A stretch of DNA of 64,000 nucleotides from Camelus dromedarius (taxonomy: Eukaryota), in assembly GCF_036321535.1 (NCBI RefSeq), contig NC_087447.1:50594001-50658000 (forward strand), in the 5' to 3' direction. The position numbers and the translations under genes are program-made. Shown here in pieces: positions 25,108 through 38,359 of this stretch (position 1 is its first letter; each line of letters opens with the position of its first letter). A model generated the notes under the pieces. That model was not told where the DNA came from. It worked only from the letters and a program-made list of their open reading frames with translations, and did no database searches.

Positions 25108-26589
25108 GTAAGTGCGGGTGCCGGCCTGAGGCGGGAGCGAGGAGGGAGGGCGCGGGTCTGAGGGGGAGACGCCGCGTGAGGAAGGGAGAGGGCCGATCTG
25201 GCCGCCGGGGAGGCACCGGGCCTGGCCGGGTGAGGTGGCGTGAGGAGCCCGGACCAGGGCGCAGGAACGGGAATACTGGGAGGAAGGGAGCGCCAGGGGT
25301 TCCAGTGTGGCAGGTGAGGAGGGCCAATCTGGACAGGTTGGGGGGGTCTTGAGATTGGGGGGCGGAAGAGAAGCGGGGAGCCCCTGCTGGACCTCAGGGG
25401 AGGCCGGATGGGCGGGGTTGGGAAGGGGGATTCCTGCCTGAGGGGTCGAGTCTGGGCAGGCTGGGGACACCCTAATTAGAGCTTGGAAGACTGGGGGACT
25501 CTGCTTATTTGAATTGAGGCCTCGGGACACCTGCTCCTACTGTTGCTGCCACCGCCTTCGTCCTAAGGGCACAGGAGAAGGAAACATGTCCTAGCTTAGT
25601 CTTCCCCTAAATACGTGAAAACTCGACCTTTCCCGTCCGCTTTCTCGGTTCGTGTGAGATCTCTTCAGTCACCTCCAGGAAACGGTTTTCCGAGTCTCAG
25701 ATCCCGTCCTCGACCCCTAGCCTTCCAGGCCACTCCCACCCAGGATAGCTTCAGGTACCAGGGATCACCTCCTTTCTGAGTACGACCATTCATCTGTCTT
25801 CTTGCACCAGAAGTAGAAGGCAGAGCACCTAGTCTGTACTTTCTGGCTCGTGCCAGGCTCCCAAGAGCACAAGGAATCAAGTCCCAGCTCCACTCTGCCT
25901 CCTATCCGACTACCTGGCTAAGGTTAGGATTCTTCTGAGGACACTACTTCCACTGATTACACCTTCTGAGGACCTGGGGAAGAATCCTCCTCCAGCTGCT
26001 ACCCTTGTCTGGCCCCTTGGGGCTGTGTGTGTGTATATATGTGTTTCCCCAGATGATTATTCCTGCCAGGCTAGGAGAACACAGGAAAAATCTTCCACTT
26101 CTTTTTTCTGTAGTTTACTTGGGTCAAGTTTTGAGTGCGCTGTGTTTGATCTTTCTTCAGGTACCTGCTTCAAGGTACAGAGAATATTTTTGGGTTCAGT
26201 GTTAGTGCCTTCTTTTAATTGGATCCACTTTTTCAAGACATTAAGCAAAACTTTTTAGCTAACCTTCCTTTTGCTGGATCCTTCTCCCAGGCATTTGTTT
26301 GGCTTTGTAGGAAAGCAGCAAGAATTTCATACCAGCTGATCCTACTTTATTCTGTTCCCAGTAACTGGCTAGGTTAAAAAAAAACCAACTCTTTTGGTAG
26401 TCTTTAAGACTTTTAGTATCTTTCCGTTTAAACCATAATTTAGGCTGAGTGTTACTTTTCCTGAACTACTAGTTTAAATTAATAATTTTTACATAATAAT
26501 GGATGAATATGGGCAAAGGGATCATTTGTAGTGTAATTACTTGGCAGCTCAAATGTTGGCAAAGGAAGTGCTTTACCAATTTGTTGTTA

Positions 26590-26990
26590 GATCACGTTGG
26601 CAAGTCCATACATGGTCCAGAGAAGGTCCATAAGGGAAGAGACTTAAAATCGTGCTTTCTGAACTAGAAATTTGTAAAAAGTGACACTCAAGGGTCTTCA
26701 AATATTGGATGGGCTATGATACAGAGCTGTTAAACTTTCTGTATTTCTCTAGAAGGTGAAATTAAAGCCTGTGGGTGGAAACTAACTGTAAAGGAAGAGA
26801 TTTTACTTCAACATAAGGAAGATTTTCAACTAGAAATGTAATCATTGAATGGGTTGACTTCAGAGGTGGGGGCTTTCTGTCACTGAAAGTGTTACAACAG
26901 ATATTTCTCAACTAACATGAATATTTTAGGGGGAATTAATTGGTAGAGAAAAGGGGTTGGCTTTAGTTGACATTTAGGCCCTTTGCAGCG
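26590..26990 (+). mobile_element. L3/CR1 ancient LINE 3' fragment
   Basis: 'gtccagagaagg...gtcttcaaatat...caacataaggaagatttt...gaatgggttgacttcagaggtggggg...gtcactgaaagtgtt' follows the L3 3' layout. Confidence 0.6.
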
Positions 26991-28129
26991 TTATGGGTTG
27001 ATGTAGATAATAATGAGCCTTAGTTTAGAATCAAGGATTAGAATAAAAAGAAAACTGACAGTTAAGTCATGTGAATTATGAGAGAGCGAGATACTACGGT
27101 TCTGGCAGATATCTCTGAGAAATAGGAAATGGCTCTTTAGTTCTAAATGTCCTCAGAAGAGGAAACTGAGCAGACTACAGGGAGGGTTTAGACATAGGAA
27201 TCAGGAGTTGCTAGAAGAGGATGAGTGAGTGTTGGCAGCCCTTTGCACATGTACTTTGGGAGAAAATGATCTGGAGGAAGTTGAGGTCAAGTCTTCTTAC
27301 CCAGCAAGTAGTAGGTATCTATCATACCTTTGAGTAAGGGATTTAACCTTTGAAAAATATGCTGATTAATAGTGATGTGTTTACAACAAATGTAATTTTA
27401 TCATTATAATACTTACATTAATGATAGAAATGTTAAGGATAATAATAATGGTGATAGCTATATCAAAGTGCTTCTTATGTACCACACTTTGCTAAGCACT
27501 TCATATATTTTATTTTTTTTGATCTTTACCATAATTGTTATTATCCTTATTTCACAGATTAGGAAATTAAAGCTCTAAGAAGCAACTTATCTAAGGTTGC
27601 AAAAAGTGGTGTAGAGGTAGTGTTCAAATTGAGGTCTGACTGTAAACTGCTATACAATATCACTTCTGTCACACATTTGTTGTTTTGCTCCTGCATGCAA
27701 GGGATAAGGACGGTGTGAAGTAGTATACTATCACTGATGACAAATTGAATAACTGTTCAAGAAGCCTATCTTTCCGCATTGGGGTGTGTGTATTTTGGAT
27801 AATCTAAAGACCAGTTTGGGGAATTGCATGTCAAGATGGCAACAGTTCTTAGTCATTGAAAAACCTGAAATGCTATCTTCTTAACATTACCCAAGATGAA
27901 TTAAATTCCTTTTTTGTCTGAGTGGATTGCAGGGACCAGGGGAAACGGTAGAGGGTTTCTCTTTAGTTGTGAAATAGTAAGTGCCTTGATGTGCCAGAAG
28001 TTATAGGAACAGGCATTCCTCACTTTGCTTGGTAGTGTGGGACAATACAAATGACCATGCAAGTTAAGATCTGGAAAAGTATTCTTAACAATCAATGAGA
28101 AAAGTTATGAGTGTTCTGTGACCTTTAAA

Positions 28130-29224
28130 CATTTCTGTCAAACACTGTAAACCTTCTTATTGGTCATAAATATATAGAAAAAGAAAAAAATAGTAAAACT
28201 AATATTTAGTACACTGTAGTTTAAAAACATTGAGAATTAAAATGTTTTATTTCTGTGTAGAAGAACTTATCTAGAGTAGTCTGAACAGTGCTTGCCTTCT
28301 TGTCAGGTAATATAATATAGAATGAGTATTCTTCTATGCATTGGTGAATTGTCATAGTCCTTTTTAGGTTTGGATCAGTTTCCAACATTTTATTCTTTGC
28401 ACTTTCAATATTGTGAAATATCTCTCAGAGTGAAATGCAAATTTGCTGGCATCACTTCTGGTCCATCTTCACCCTTTTCTCACAACCACTTTCTTCATTT
28501 GTGTTGATACGTTTGCCTTCACTAAGTTCCTCTGGCAGCATATCTAGAGTCTCTTGAATGGCAGTAGGGTCAAAGTTGTCATGGTCAGCTATTCTATGAC
28601 TCCTTTTATGTTTGATTGGGATTTTATGTCCAACATTATTATTTTTTGTTTTTTTGCTGCACTTTCATCATTGTTGGCCTGTTCCCTCTTTCAGTTATTG
28701 ATTTTTGTAAAACGTCACGTACGTTTATCACCAGTAGACAAGGAGGCAACTCAGTTACACGCTTTGTTGTCAATACATGAACTGGATAAAGATGTGCAGT
28801 AACTAATCACCAACAGACTTTGCCCTGTTGCTTTATCCATAGTTAGAAATTTAGGCGGAGAGATATTTTTCTCTTAGCACTTTGAGGATATTATTCCATT
28901 GTATCTTAGCTTTTAATGTACTGATGAAAATCCACCAACAGCCTAATTGTTGTTCCTTTGCAATTTATTTTGTCAAATCCACCAACAGGCTTTGAAAGAA
29001 GTGACTCGGTTAGTAACTGATCATGATGTGCTTCTATTATTTATATAGTGATTTGTGGACTGAAGGTGTAGTAGTGAAATTTGTACCGTAATCAGTTACT
29101 CACAGTTAATGTATTGTGGTAATTGAAATTTGAATTGTGTTTTTGGGGAATCAGTATTATTTAACTAAGCTGTGATAACCGAAATTTGTACATATTAGAA
29201 CCCTGCAAAATGAAGACTGCCTGT
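28130..29224. mobile_element. Ancient Tigger-type DNA transposon relic (Tigger13-like), interrupted at ~28823-28975
   Basis: Terminal 'agaaccctgcaaaatgaagactgcctg' and internal text recalled from the consensus; the left boundary is uncertain. Confidence 0.5.
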
Positions 29225-30455
29225 GTATTTCTAATCCTAGTAACATTCTTACTAAGTAGGTGGTGTTATCCCCATTTTACAGATGAGGAAACTGAATCTT
29301 AGAGGAGTTAAGTAACTTGAAGTTAAGAAGTTGTGTCATACAGCTATTAAGCAGCAGAAATGTTATTCAAGTACAGATCTGACAACTCTTTCTACCAAGA
29401 CATACTGTCAGTGTCTTTTAAAGTACAATTTCAGGTGCTTCCATTTTCATGGAAGAAATATTATTACCTAAAGGGAAGTGGAAGGGAAATCTATGCTTTA
29501 ATTGTGGCCTCAAAGGAGAATTACTCAGTTAAATTTTTTTCAGAATGTTAAGTTTATTCAGCAAATATTTGTTGAAAACTTATTTTGTCATTGACTTAAA
29601 ATAAAAAACTATACATAGACCATATGTCTGTTCAAGGTAGCTAATAAGCCAGTAGGGGTATGAACAGCTAAGTTCAAATAGGCATTTCCTACTTTCAAGG
29701 GAACTGCATTCCTAAAAATGTATTTGAAAGAAGAATGGGCAAAAATTGACATATTATGAAGGAGGGTTTATTTATCAGAAAGCTAAAACTATTTTTAAAT
29801 TTCTAATTATGAGTTTCATAGAAGCTGCCTCAGTCTGAGGAAGTAACCTGATTAGTAAAACTTTCATAGATCAGGAGAATGAATGGACCACTTAATAACC
29901 ATCTCCTTTTTGTACTTGGGCTAGGATGATTCAAGCTATGTAGGTGTTGTCCCTTCTTACAGGTTTGCTGCCTGTCTACCCATCCTATTCATAGAAATTG
30001 GGTGGAAGGGAAGTAGGGCAACCCTCAGTCTCTATATCTTTATGATAGGATTCTCTTAGATGGGGTAAAGGGGTAAGGGGTCTTTCCTTCATTGTCACCA
30101 CAGCACAAGACTAGAGGGGCTTTAACCAGCTGCCTCTCTACCACACAAACATGCTACAGAAGGCATCTAGCTGCTTGTACCTCCTTGCTGCCTTTTCCTT
30201 TCCTTTTTTTAGGCCCCTTCCCACTATCTCCCCTGAATAGTAGCCTCGAGGATGTGAACATGCTTCAGGCCTTCTGGTCCTGAGGCTCTGTGGGCTGGCA
30301 GAGGTGATGTCCCTGTCACCTTAAGGAAGATAGTCTTATCCCTGAGCCTTATTGACAGCCAAGTAGCACTGCCTCCGACTGATAGCTCAAAAACATGGTA
30401 AATCACCTAAAGAGTGAAGGCCAAATGAAGGGCCAAAGTCAGTGTACTAGAGGGT

Positions 30456-30520
30456 TTAGATTTAATGAATAGAGACTTAGATTTAATTAATAGAGACTTA
30501 GATTTAATTTAATCAGAGAC
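30456..30520. repeat. Three tandem copies of a 21-23 bp unit
   Basis: ttagatttaatgaatagagac / ttagatttaattaatagagac / ttagatttaatttaatcagagac. Confidence 0.9.
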
Positions 30521-30664
30521 GGCCAGTAAATTGTTCCAGGTGTTGTGATGGACATATGTATGTGGTACATTGGAATGCAAGAAGTGGGTGCTTATTAAAA
30601 TCTTAAAGCATAAAGGCTTTACAGTGCTAGTGCTGGAAGAACTGCCATACCAGCTGGCTAGTTG

Positions 30665-31200
30665 TTTGTTTATTTGCTTATTTATTTATTTATTATTGTG
30701 GAGAAGCACATAACAATTACTGTCTTAACCATTTTTCAGTGTACATTTCAGTAGTAAGTACATTCACGTCATTGTGCAGCCGATCTCTTAAACTCTTTCA
30801 TCTTGCAAAACCGAAGCTCCATATCCATTAAACAACTCCGTATTCTCTCTCCGCCCTACACCCTGGCAACCACTCTTCTACTTCCTGCCTCTATGAATTT
30901 GACTACTCTAGGGATCTCATATAAGTGAAATCAACAGTATTTGCTTTTTTGTGACTGGCTTATTTCATTTAGCATAATGCCCTTGTGGTTCATCCATGTT
31001 GTAGCATGTGTTAGAATTTCCTTCTTTTCAGAGGCTGAATAATATTTCATTGTATGTATACATCACATTTTGCTCATCCATTCATCCGTAGATGGACACA
31101 TAGGTTGCTTTCACCTCTTGGCTGTAGTAAATAGAGAGGCCATGACATGGGTGTTCAAATCTCTTTAGGACCCAAAAGTGGAATTTCTGGATCATATGGT
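30665..31200 (-). mobile_element. L1MA/MB-type 3' end
   Basis: 'cttaaccatttttcagtgtaca...ccctggcaaccactcttctac...gactggcttatttcatttagcataatg'. Confidence 0.85.
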
Positions 31201-32537
31201 GACACAGCAGCTGTTTTAACCTTTTTATTAGGAAGAAGCATTTTATTATGTTCTTTCTTGGGCCCCATTAATTAATTATTGTCATTACATAAATTGTAAT
31301 TTATTATTTTTACATAAATTATAATTATTAATGTACTTTAATCCCTGTTTCAAATAATCAAAGGCACATGTAACTGTCAGAGGAGATCTAGTCATTGTTA
31401 CTACACTGATTGATCCATATGAGATATATGAGATAAGACAATGTATAATCAATACATTACTGTAATGTATTGATATAATTCTGGTCCAAAGCAAAACAGA
31501 ATAATATTTTCATTTCAGCCTTAACATGGATAAATGTGATTTTTGAAATATTGAAAATATCCAATAGAAGTAATAAAAGCTAACATTATGCAACACTTAA
31601 TGTCTAAAGCTTTAATGTGCATATTATTTTATAAGAACCCTTATTATAATCCTTATAATAACTCTTTTAAGTTAGATTCTGTAAGTTGCCTATTTTATAG
31701 ATGTGGAAATTTAGAGCAGAAAAGGGTTAAATAATGTGCAAAGTTTTCCGCTTTGCAAGGGGCAAAGTAAGGATTTGAACTCTCATAATCTTACTCCAAA
31801 GCGTGTTTTCTTTTCTCCCTACCATTCTCTTTTTTACTGTTAAAATCAGCTTTTTGAGGTATAATTTACTTACAATAAAAGGCATCCATTTTAAGTTATA
31901 GTTTGAAAGGCTTTGACAGATGTATACATCTCTGTACCCAGCATCCCTATCAAGACGTAGACTGTTTCTATCACTCTGAAAAAGTTGCCGAACAGAGCAC
32001 TCATCTGTAATCATATGGTTACTGCTTGATCTCTGAGGTAGGTACTATTCTAATCCTAATTTTGTAGTTGAAGACAGTGACGTTTAGGAAGGTCAAGTAA
32101 CCTGCCCGAGGTCACACACTATTAAGTGGCAGAGCCTAAGCGACCCAAGGGTGCATGATTCTAAAGCTGTGCTCTTAACTATCGTACTGTCTTGTCTCCT
32201 TCCGTTACTACTTTTTCTGACCTCAGTGGGTCCAGGGACCTCAGTTTGGTAATGCTCTGATCTTCTCATTTTACAAATAAGGAGAAAGGCCTTGGAAATT
32301 GAAGTGATTTGCCCAAGGTTATATTGTAAGTTAGTGGTGAAAACTGGATCAGAATCCACATTCAGTAGTTTCTCAGTATGGGAAATGTTGGAACTGAGGA
32401 GGATGATTGTCACATGTTGTTGATGTTATATTGTTAATGAGCTACCAGGTCATAGGACTTCCTCAGGACAAAAATAACTCCTAATGAACTTTTTTTTTAA
32501 TAGCAAAGAAACCTGACATCTATAGAGTGCTTTACAG

Positions 32538-32702
32538 TAGTGCTGCTCAGACTTAAATGTGCATGTGAACTACCTGGAGGTCTTGTTAAAATGCATATTA
32601 CAGTACAGTAGGACTGGAATGTGGCCTTAGATTATGCATTTCTTTTAAGCTATCAGGTAATGCTAGTGCTGTTGGTCTGGAGACTGTACTTGAAGAAGCA
32701 AG
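32538..32702. mobile_element. MER5-type hAT MITE
   Basis: 'tagtgctgctcagactt...acctggaggtcttgttaaaatgcatatt...gactgtacttgaagaagcaag'. Confidence 0.7.
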
Positions 32703-34676
32703 ACTTTTCAGTTCACAAAGCACTATTAATTCTTTTTTCCTGTGGGGTATAAGTGTTATCCCTGTTTGTATGTAGTTCAAAAGAATAAGGGACTTGTTCA
32801 GGATCACAGGACTAGTACTGGAACCTAGGTTTCTAACTCGAAAACCAAGTGAGGCGCTGACCATCCCTCTCCCACCTCCCCACCACCAAGCAATAACAGA
32901 CCGAAAACACCACATGTGAAGGAAAGTTTGAAAATGATTGTCCTGGGTAATGAGCTAAATTGAACTTAAAGTTGAACTTATTACATTTTTGTTTTGGAAA
33001 CAGGTTTCTTCTCATTTGTTTCTAATACCTTCGCCAAGCTCAAACCAAACCATCTTTCAGACTTAGGTCTATAGTTAGTAAATAGAGTTTAGGAATAGAG
33101 TAGTCCCTCCTTACCTGTGGGGATATATTCCAAGACCCCTAGTTTAGTCTTCCTCCTTTTCCCTGTACTTACTACCTACTTTCCCTGCTTACACTGTGCT
33201 GCTGCTAAAACTAGCTATTTAGTTATACTCCTGTACGCATTTCATTGTTCATGCTTTTCCCATGAGAGGTAATAATAAATTGTTGTTGAAAGTTATGAAG
33301 TTTTGAGGTGGTTTGTTATTCATTCAGCAATAGATAACTGAAACAGTATTGAGATTTGAGTTTTGAGCAATTTTGATTTCCTTTTGTGTAACCTCAGAGA
33401 TGCCGAATTACACCGTATCTTTTATTTTCAAAGATGAGGCTTTAAAAATAATAAAGTTTAATATTTTTATAGGAACCTCTGTCTGAAGGTTTCAAAGAAT
33501 TTTATAAGCCTCATTTTATTTATCACTATTATACACTCATGAGACTTAAAAGGGGTATTTTACCAAGTGACAGTAAGTAAGTACCTCAGGGTTGAAATAA
33601 TTCAGTTGTGGAGCTGGGAAAATCTTTTACTCATTATAGGTATGGACTCTAGCTCTTAAAATTCTTTAACTTTTCATAGCAAAATACTTCTAACAGCAAG
33701 TGGAAAGACTGGATGGAGCCAGAAAAAAAATCAGAACTCCAAAATTACGCATGTTAAAATATTGATACTGCTATAAAAACTGTTTTTATGACTGACATTG
33801 AATCATTTATTCATTCACAAAATGATAAGGAGAGATTCTAGATAAGATAGTGTTGCCAAAATGAAATATTATAGTTTCTGGGCTGTTTTACCTGCTGAGT
33901 AGCAATTATCTGCACCTCCCACCAGCCCCCACCCCTACATGTACACACATGCTTTTTGAAAGTAGACATGAGGGCGGTCGGGCTTTGTTGTCTGATATTC
34001 TACTGATCTGTTGATCACTGGGGTTGATTCAGTTAGGCTTGCCAATCAGATGGATGTTCTTTGTTCTTTCACTACTTTAGGAATGTCCAGTTTAGAGCTT
34101 GACAGTTTAAGACAATAATGAACTTAATAAAGGAGAATTATTCTTTGTTTAAGAGCAGCTATCATTAGGTAAACATTTAGCCCCCTGTATAGCCCTTCCC
34201 TCATCCCATCTTCCTTTTTCTTCAGAGATAATCACTATCCTTAATTTAATGTTATCATTTCCTAAGTTTTTTTTTTTTTACCACTTATGCATTCCTAAAA
34301 ATGTATAGTTTAGGTTTGCTTGTTTTATATTTTATGTAAGTGAAAAATTTTACTGTATGTATACTCTTCTGCAACTTTTTAATAAACTGAAATTGTGGTC
34401 CCTACTATCATCCATCTTCCTTATAATTATCTATGTGATAGGTTATATAGCTTTTTACTGTTGTTTAGAATTTCGCTATATAAATATATTGATTTGATTT
34501 ATGAATTTTTCAGTCATTGGATGTTTTGTTGTTTTCAGTGTTTGCTCTTACAAATAATGCTATGAACTTTCTTGTACGTTTTCTGGTACACACAAATATA
34601 ACAGTGTCTATATATTTAGGAGTATAATTATTAGATTGTAGGACATGTCTATATTCAACTTTTATTAGATCATAAA

Positions 34677-34815
34677 TTCTCAAACTTTTTGGTCTTAGGA
34701 CCCTGTTACACATTTAAAATTATTGAGGACCCTGGAGAAGTTTAGGAGTTAAATCTACTGGTATTTACTATATTAGAAGTTAAAATTAAAAAGTAAATCT
34801 TTGTTAATCCATTTA
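34677..34815 (+). mobile_element. Charlie1-type hAT left-end fragment
   Basis: 'ttctcaaactttttggtcttaggaccc...aaattattgaggaccc'; homologous to 57250 and 58040. Confidence 0.7.
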
Positions 34816-34824
34816 AGATTCATG

Positions 34825-34919
34825 ATTTTCATGTATAACTGAAAAATTGTGCTGTACACTGGAATTTGACACAACATTGTAAAATGATTATAAATCAATA
34901 AAAAATGTTAAAAAAAAAA
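34825..34919 (+). mobile_element. Very short young L1 3' end
   Basis: Matches the last ~90 nt of the copies at 6005-6090 and 37494-37580; poly(A); TSD aagattcatg at 34815-34824 and 34920-34929. Confidence 0.9.
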
Positions 34920-35944
34920 AAGATTCATGCCTATGAGAAATGAGATTTATCCTTGCTGTTGAATCAGTAGCTTGTTCCTGTTTATTGCTGAGTAGTACTT
35001 CATCATGTGAATATATCATTGTTTGTTTGTCCATTTGCCTCTTCATGTACAACAGGACTGTTTTCAGTTTTTGGCTAGTATGAATAAAGCTGCTATAAAC
35101 ATTCTTACACAAGAGTTTTTGTGAACATATGTTTTCATCTTTCTTGGATAAATTCATAGGAGTGGAATTGCCAGGTCATATACTTAGTTTATGTTTAGTT
35201 TTTTAAGGGACTACAAGGCTTTTTTCCACAGTGATAATTTTTCCTTCTCATCATGGAAGTTTTGGGTGCTCCATATATGCAACAACTTTTGGTGTTGCCA
35301 TCCTTTTTAATTGTATCCATTCTGGAGTGTGTATAGTGGTATCTCATTGTGATTTTAATTAGATTTAATTTATTTACTAATAACTAAAGATGTTGAGCAC
35401 ATTTTCATGTGCCTCTTAGATATTCATGTCTTCTTTTCTAAACTGTCTTTTCAAATCTTTTGCCATTTAAAAGAATTGGGTTGTCTTTTTGTCTTTTTAT
35501 TATTGAGTTGTAGGGGCTCCTTGTATATTTTGGACATAAGTCCTTCTATCAGATGGATGTTTTGTGACTATTTTCTCCCTGTCTATGGTTTTTCTATTCA
35601 TTTTCTAAAAGATGTCTTAATGAGGAGAAGTTTTAAATTTTGATGGAGTCTATTTTATCAGTTTTTTCTTTTATGGTTATTGCTTCCCTTATCCTGTCTA
35701 AAAACCTTTGTCTGTGCTCGGATTATAAAGATATTCCCCTGTATCCTCTTATAGAAATTTTATAATTATACCTTGATATTTAGGTTTATACCCATCTCAA
35801 ATTCATTGTCATATATGATGTGAGATAGGGATTGAAATTTATTTTTCTCCCATATACATATCTAGTTGTTACAGCATTATTTACAGAAAAAACATTTTTC
35901 CACCATTGGGTTGCTTTCACTCCTTTGTCAAAAATCAGTTAACT

Positions 35945-37582
35945 TTTGAAAGTAGGGTTCCTTCTAAATATATGCCCAGGAGTGGGATTACTGGGTCATA
36001 ATGGTAAGTCTATTCCTAGTCTTCTGAGGAATCTCCATGCTGTTTTCCACAGTGGCTGCACCAACCTGCATTCCCACCAGCAGTGTAGGAGGGTTCCCTT
36101 TTCTCCACAGCCTCTCCAGCATTTGTCATTTGTGGACTTTTGAATGATGGCCATTCTGACTGGTGTGAGGTGATACCTCATTGTAGTTTTGATTTGCATT
36201 TCTCTGATAATTAGTGATATTGAGCATTTTTTCATGTGTCTATTGATCATTTGTGTTTCTTCCTTGGAGACTTGCTTGTTTAGGTCTTCTGCCCATTTTT
36301 GGATTGCGTTGTTTGTGTTTTTCTTATTAAGTCATATGAGCTGCTTGTATTTGCTGGAGATCAGGCCTTTGTCAGTTTCATCTTTGCAAAAATTTTCTCC
36401 CATTCCATAGGTTGTTGTTTTGTTTTGTTTATGTTTCCTTTGCTGTGCAGAAGCTTGTAAGTTTAATTAGGTCCCATTTGTTTATTCTTGCTTTTATTTC
36501 TATTGCTTGGGTAGACTGCCCTAGGAGAACATTTCTGAGATGTGTGTGAGATAATGTTTTGCCTATGTTTTCTTCCAGGAGGTTTATTGTATCTTGTCTT
36601 ATGTTTAAGTCTTTGATCCATTTTGAGTTTATTTTTGTGTATAGTGTAAGGGAGTGTTCTAGCTTCATTGATGTACATGCTGCTGTCCATTTTTCCCGAC
36701 ACCATTTGCTGAAGAGACTGTCTTTATTCCATTGTATATTCTTGCCTCCTTTGTCGAAGATTAGTTCACCAAAAGTCTGTGGGTTCATTTCTAGGCTCTC
36801 TATTCTGTTCCATTGGTCCATATGTCTGTTTTTGTACCAATATCATGCTGTCTTGATTACTGTAGCTCTGTAGTATTGTCTGAAGTCTGAGAGAGTTATT
36901 CCTCCAAGCTCTTTCTTTTTCTTCAGTAATGCTTTGGCAATTCTAGGTCTTTTGTGGTTCCATATAAATTTTATTATGATTTGTTCTAGTTCTGTGAAAT
37001 ATGTCCTGGACCCCAATGTTACAGCAGCACTATTTACAATAGCCAAAATAGCCAAGACATGGAAACAGCCTAAATGTCCATCAATAGATGACAGGATAAA
37101 GAAGATGTGGTATATTTATACAATGGAATACTATTCAGCCATAAAAAACGACAACATAACGCCATTTGCAGCAACATGAAAGTCCCTGGAGAATCTCATT
37201 CTAAGTGAAGTAAGCAAGAAAGAGAAACAAAAATACCATATGAGATCTCTCATATGTGGAATCTAAAAAAAAAAAAAAAAAGAACATAAATGCAAAACAG
37301 AAACAGACTCACAGAGAATACAAACTTGTGGTTGCCAAGGGGTTGGGAACAGACTGGGAGTTCGAAATTTGTAGATACTGACAGGCATATGTAGAATAGA
37401 TAAGCAAAATTATACTGCATAGCACAGGGAAATATATACAAGATCTTGTGGTAGCTCACAGAGAAAAAGAATGTGACAATGACTATGTGTATGTTCATGT
37501 ATAACTGAAAAATTGTGCTCTACACTGGAAATTGACACAACATTGTAAACTGACTATAACTCAATTTAAAAAAAATGTTTAA
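35945..37582 (+). mobile_element. Young L1 with 5' inversion (35945-~37008 antisense ORF2 C-terminal region; ~37010-37582 sense 3' end)
   Basis: Minus-strand ORFs give L1 ORF2 peptides ([31 protein letters not shown]...[30 protein letters not shown]...[18 protein letters not shown]). 15-bp TSD aaaaatcagt(t/c)aact at 35930-35944 and 37583-37597. Confidence 0.92.
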
Positions 37583-37791
37583 AAAAATCAGTCAACTATT
37601 TCTAGGCTCTCTATTCTATTGATCTATTTGCATATCCTTATGCTATTACCACGAAGTCTTGATAAATGTAGCTTTATAGTAGGCCTTGAAATCAACTATT
37701 ATAAGTCTTTCAACTTGGTTCTTTTATAATATTGTTTTGGATATTGAGGTCTTATGTATTTTAGTATGAATTTTAGAATCAGCTTGTCAGT

Positions 37792-38270
37792 TGTGGTAGT
37801 TTTAAAAGATGTTCACAGATTCTTTACTACTTCTTTGTCCAAGAGGTAGAACTTACTTTCCCCTTGAATGTGGTATGAATTTAGTGACTGCTTCTAATAA
37901 AATAAATTAGAAGTAATGTGTTGAAACTTTGGACACTAGGTTATAAAAGGCATGACTGCTTTCCTCTTGGCCTCTTTCTTGGATCACTCACTTTGAGGGA
38001 AGCCAGCTCTCATGTCATGGAGAAAGGTCTGTCGTGAGGAACTGCGACCTCCAGCCAACAGCCAGGTGAATTAGCCATCTTGAAAGTAGGTCTTCCAGCT
38101 CCATTCAGACCTTCAGATGACTTTGGAGTTGGCCAGCATTTTGACTGCATCCCCAAGAGAGATGAGTCTGAACTGCTTCCATATTTTTGACTCTCAGAAA
38201 TTATGTCAGATAATGTTTAATGTTTGAGGCTAAGTTTTGAGGTAATTTGTTATATAGAATGGATAATACA
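37792..38270 (+). mobile_element. MaLR solo LTR (MLT1F-like)
   Basis: TG...CA ends, 'gctaagttttgaggtaatttgttatatag...ataataca', 5-bp TSD tcagt/tcaat. Confidence 0.8.
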
Positions 38271-38359
38271 TCAATTTTTATTTAAAAAGCCTACTAGGAT
38301 TGTATCATATCTATAAATAAGTTTGGGGAAAACAGACATATTAAAAATATGAGTTTTAC

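Larger units (their letters stand above)
24680..25650. promoter_or_regulatory. CpG-island promoter of ACER3
   Basis: Sharp rise in GC and CpG density around exon 1. GC boxes (GGGCGGGG ~24818, CCCCGCCCC ~24861) and a CRE-like GACGTCA at 24684-24690. Confidence 0.9.

Noticed and set aside
25108..25352. Continuation of the 116-aa ORF past AEF ([10 protein letters not shown]...)
   Set aside because: Read-through of intron after a canonical GTAAGT donor; Arg/Gly-rich, as expected from GC-rich non-coding DNA.
24717..25530. Other overlapping ORFs in the CpG island (24717-24914, 24875-25069, 25045-25530, 25076-25327)
   Set aside because: Stop codons are scarce in GC-rich DNA; no recognisable protein similarity.
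30456..30520. CRISPR-like repeat array (also 9523-9661)
   Set aside because: Tandem units without unique spacers, eukaryotic context and no cas genes.
35946..37179. ORF cluster with protein-like peptides
   Set aside because: Frameshifted L1 ORF2 C-terminal remnants, not a host gene or an active element.
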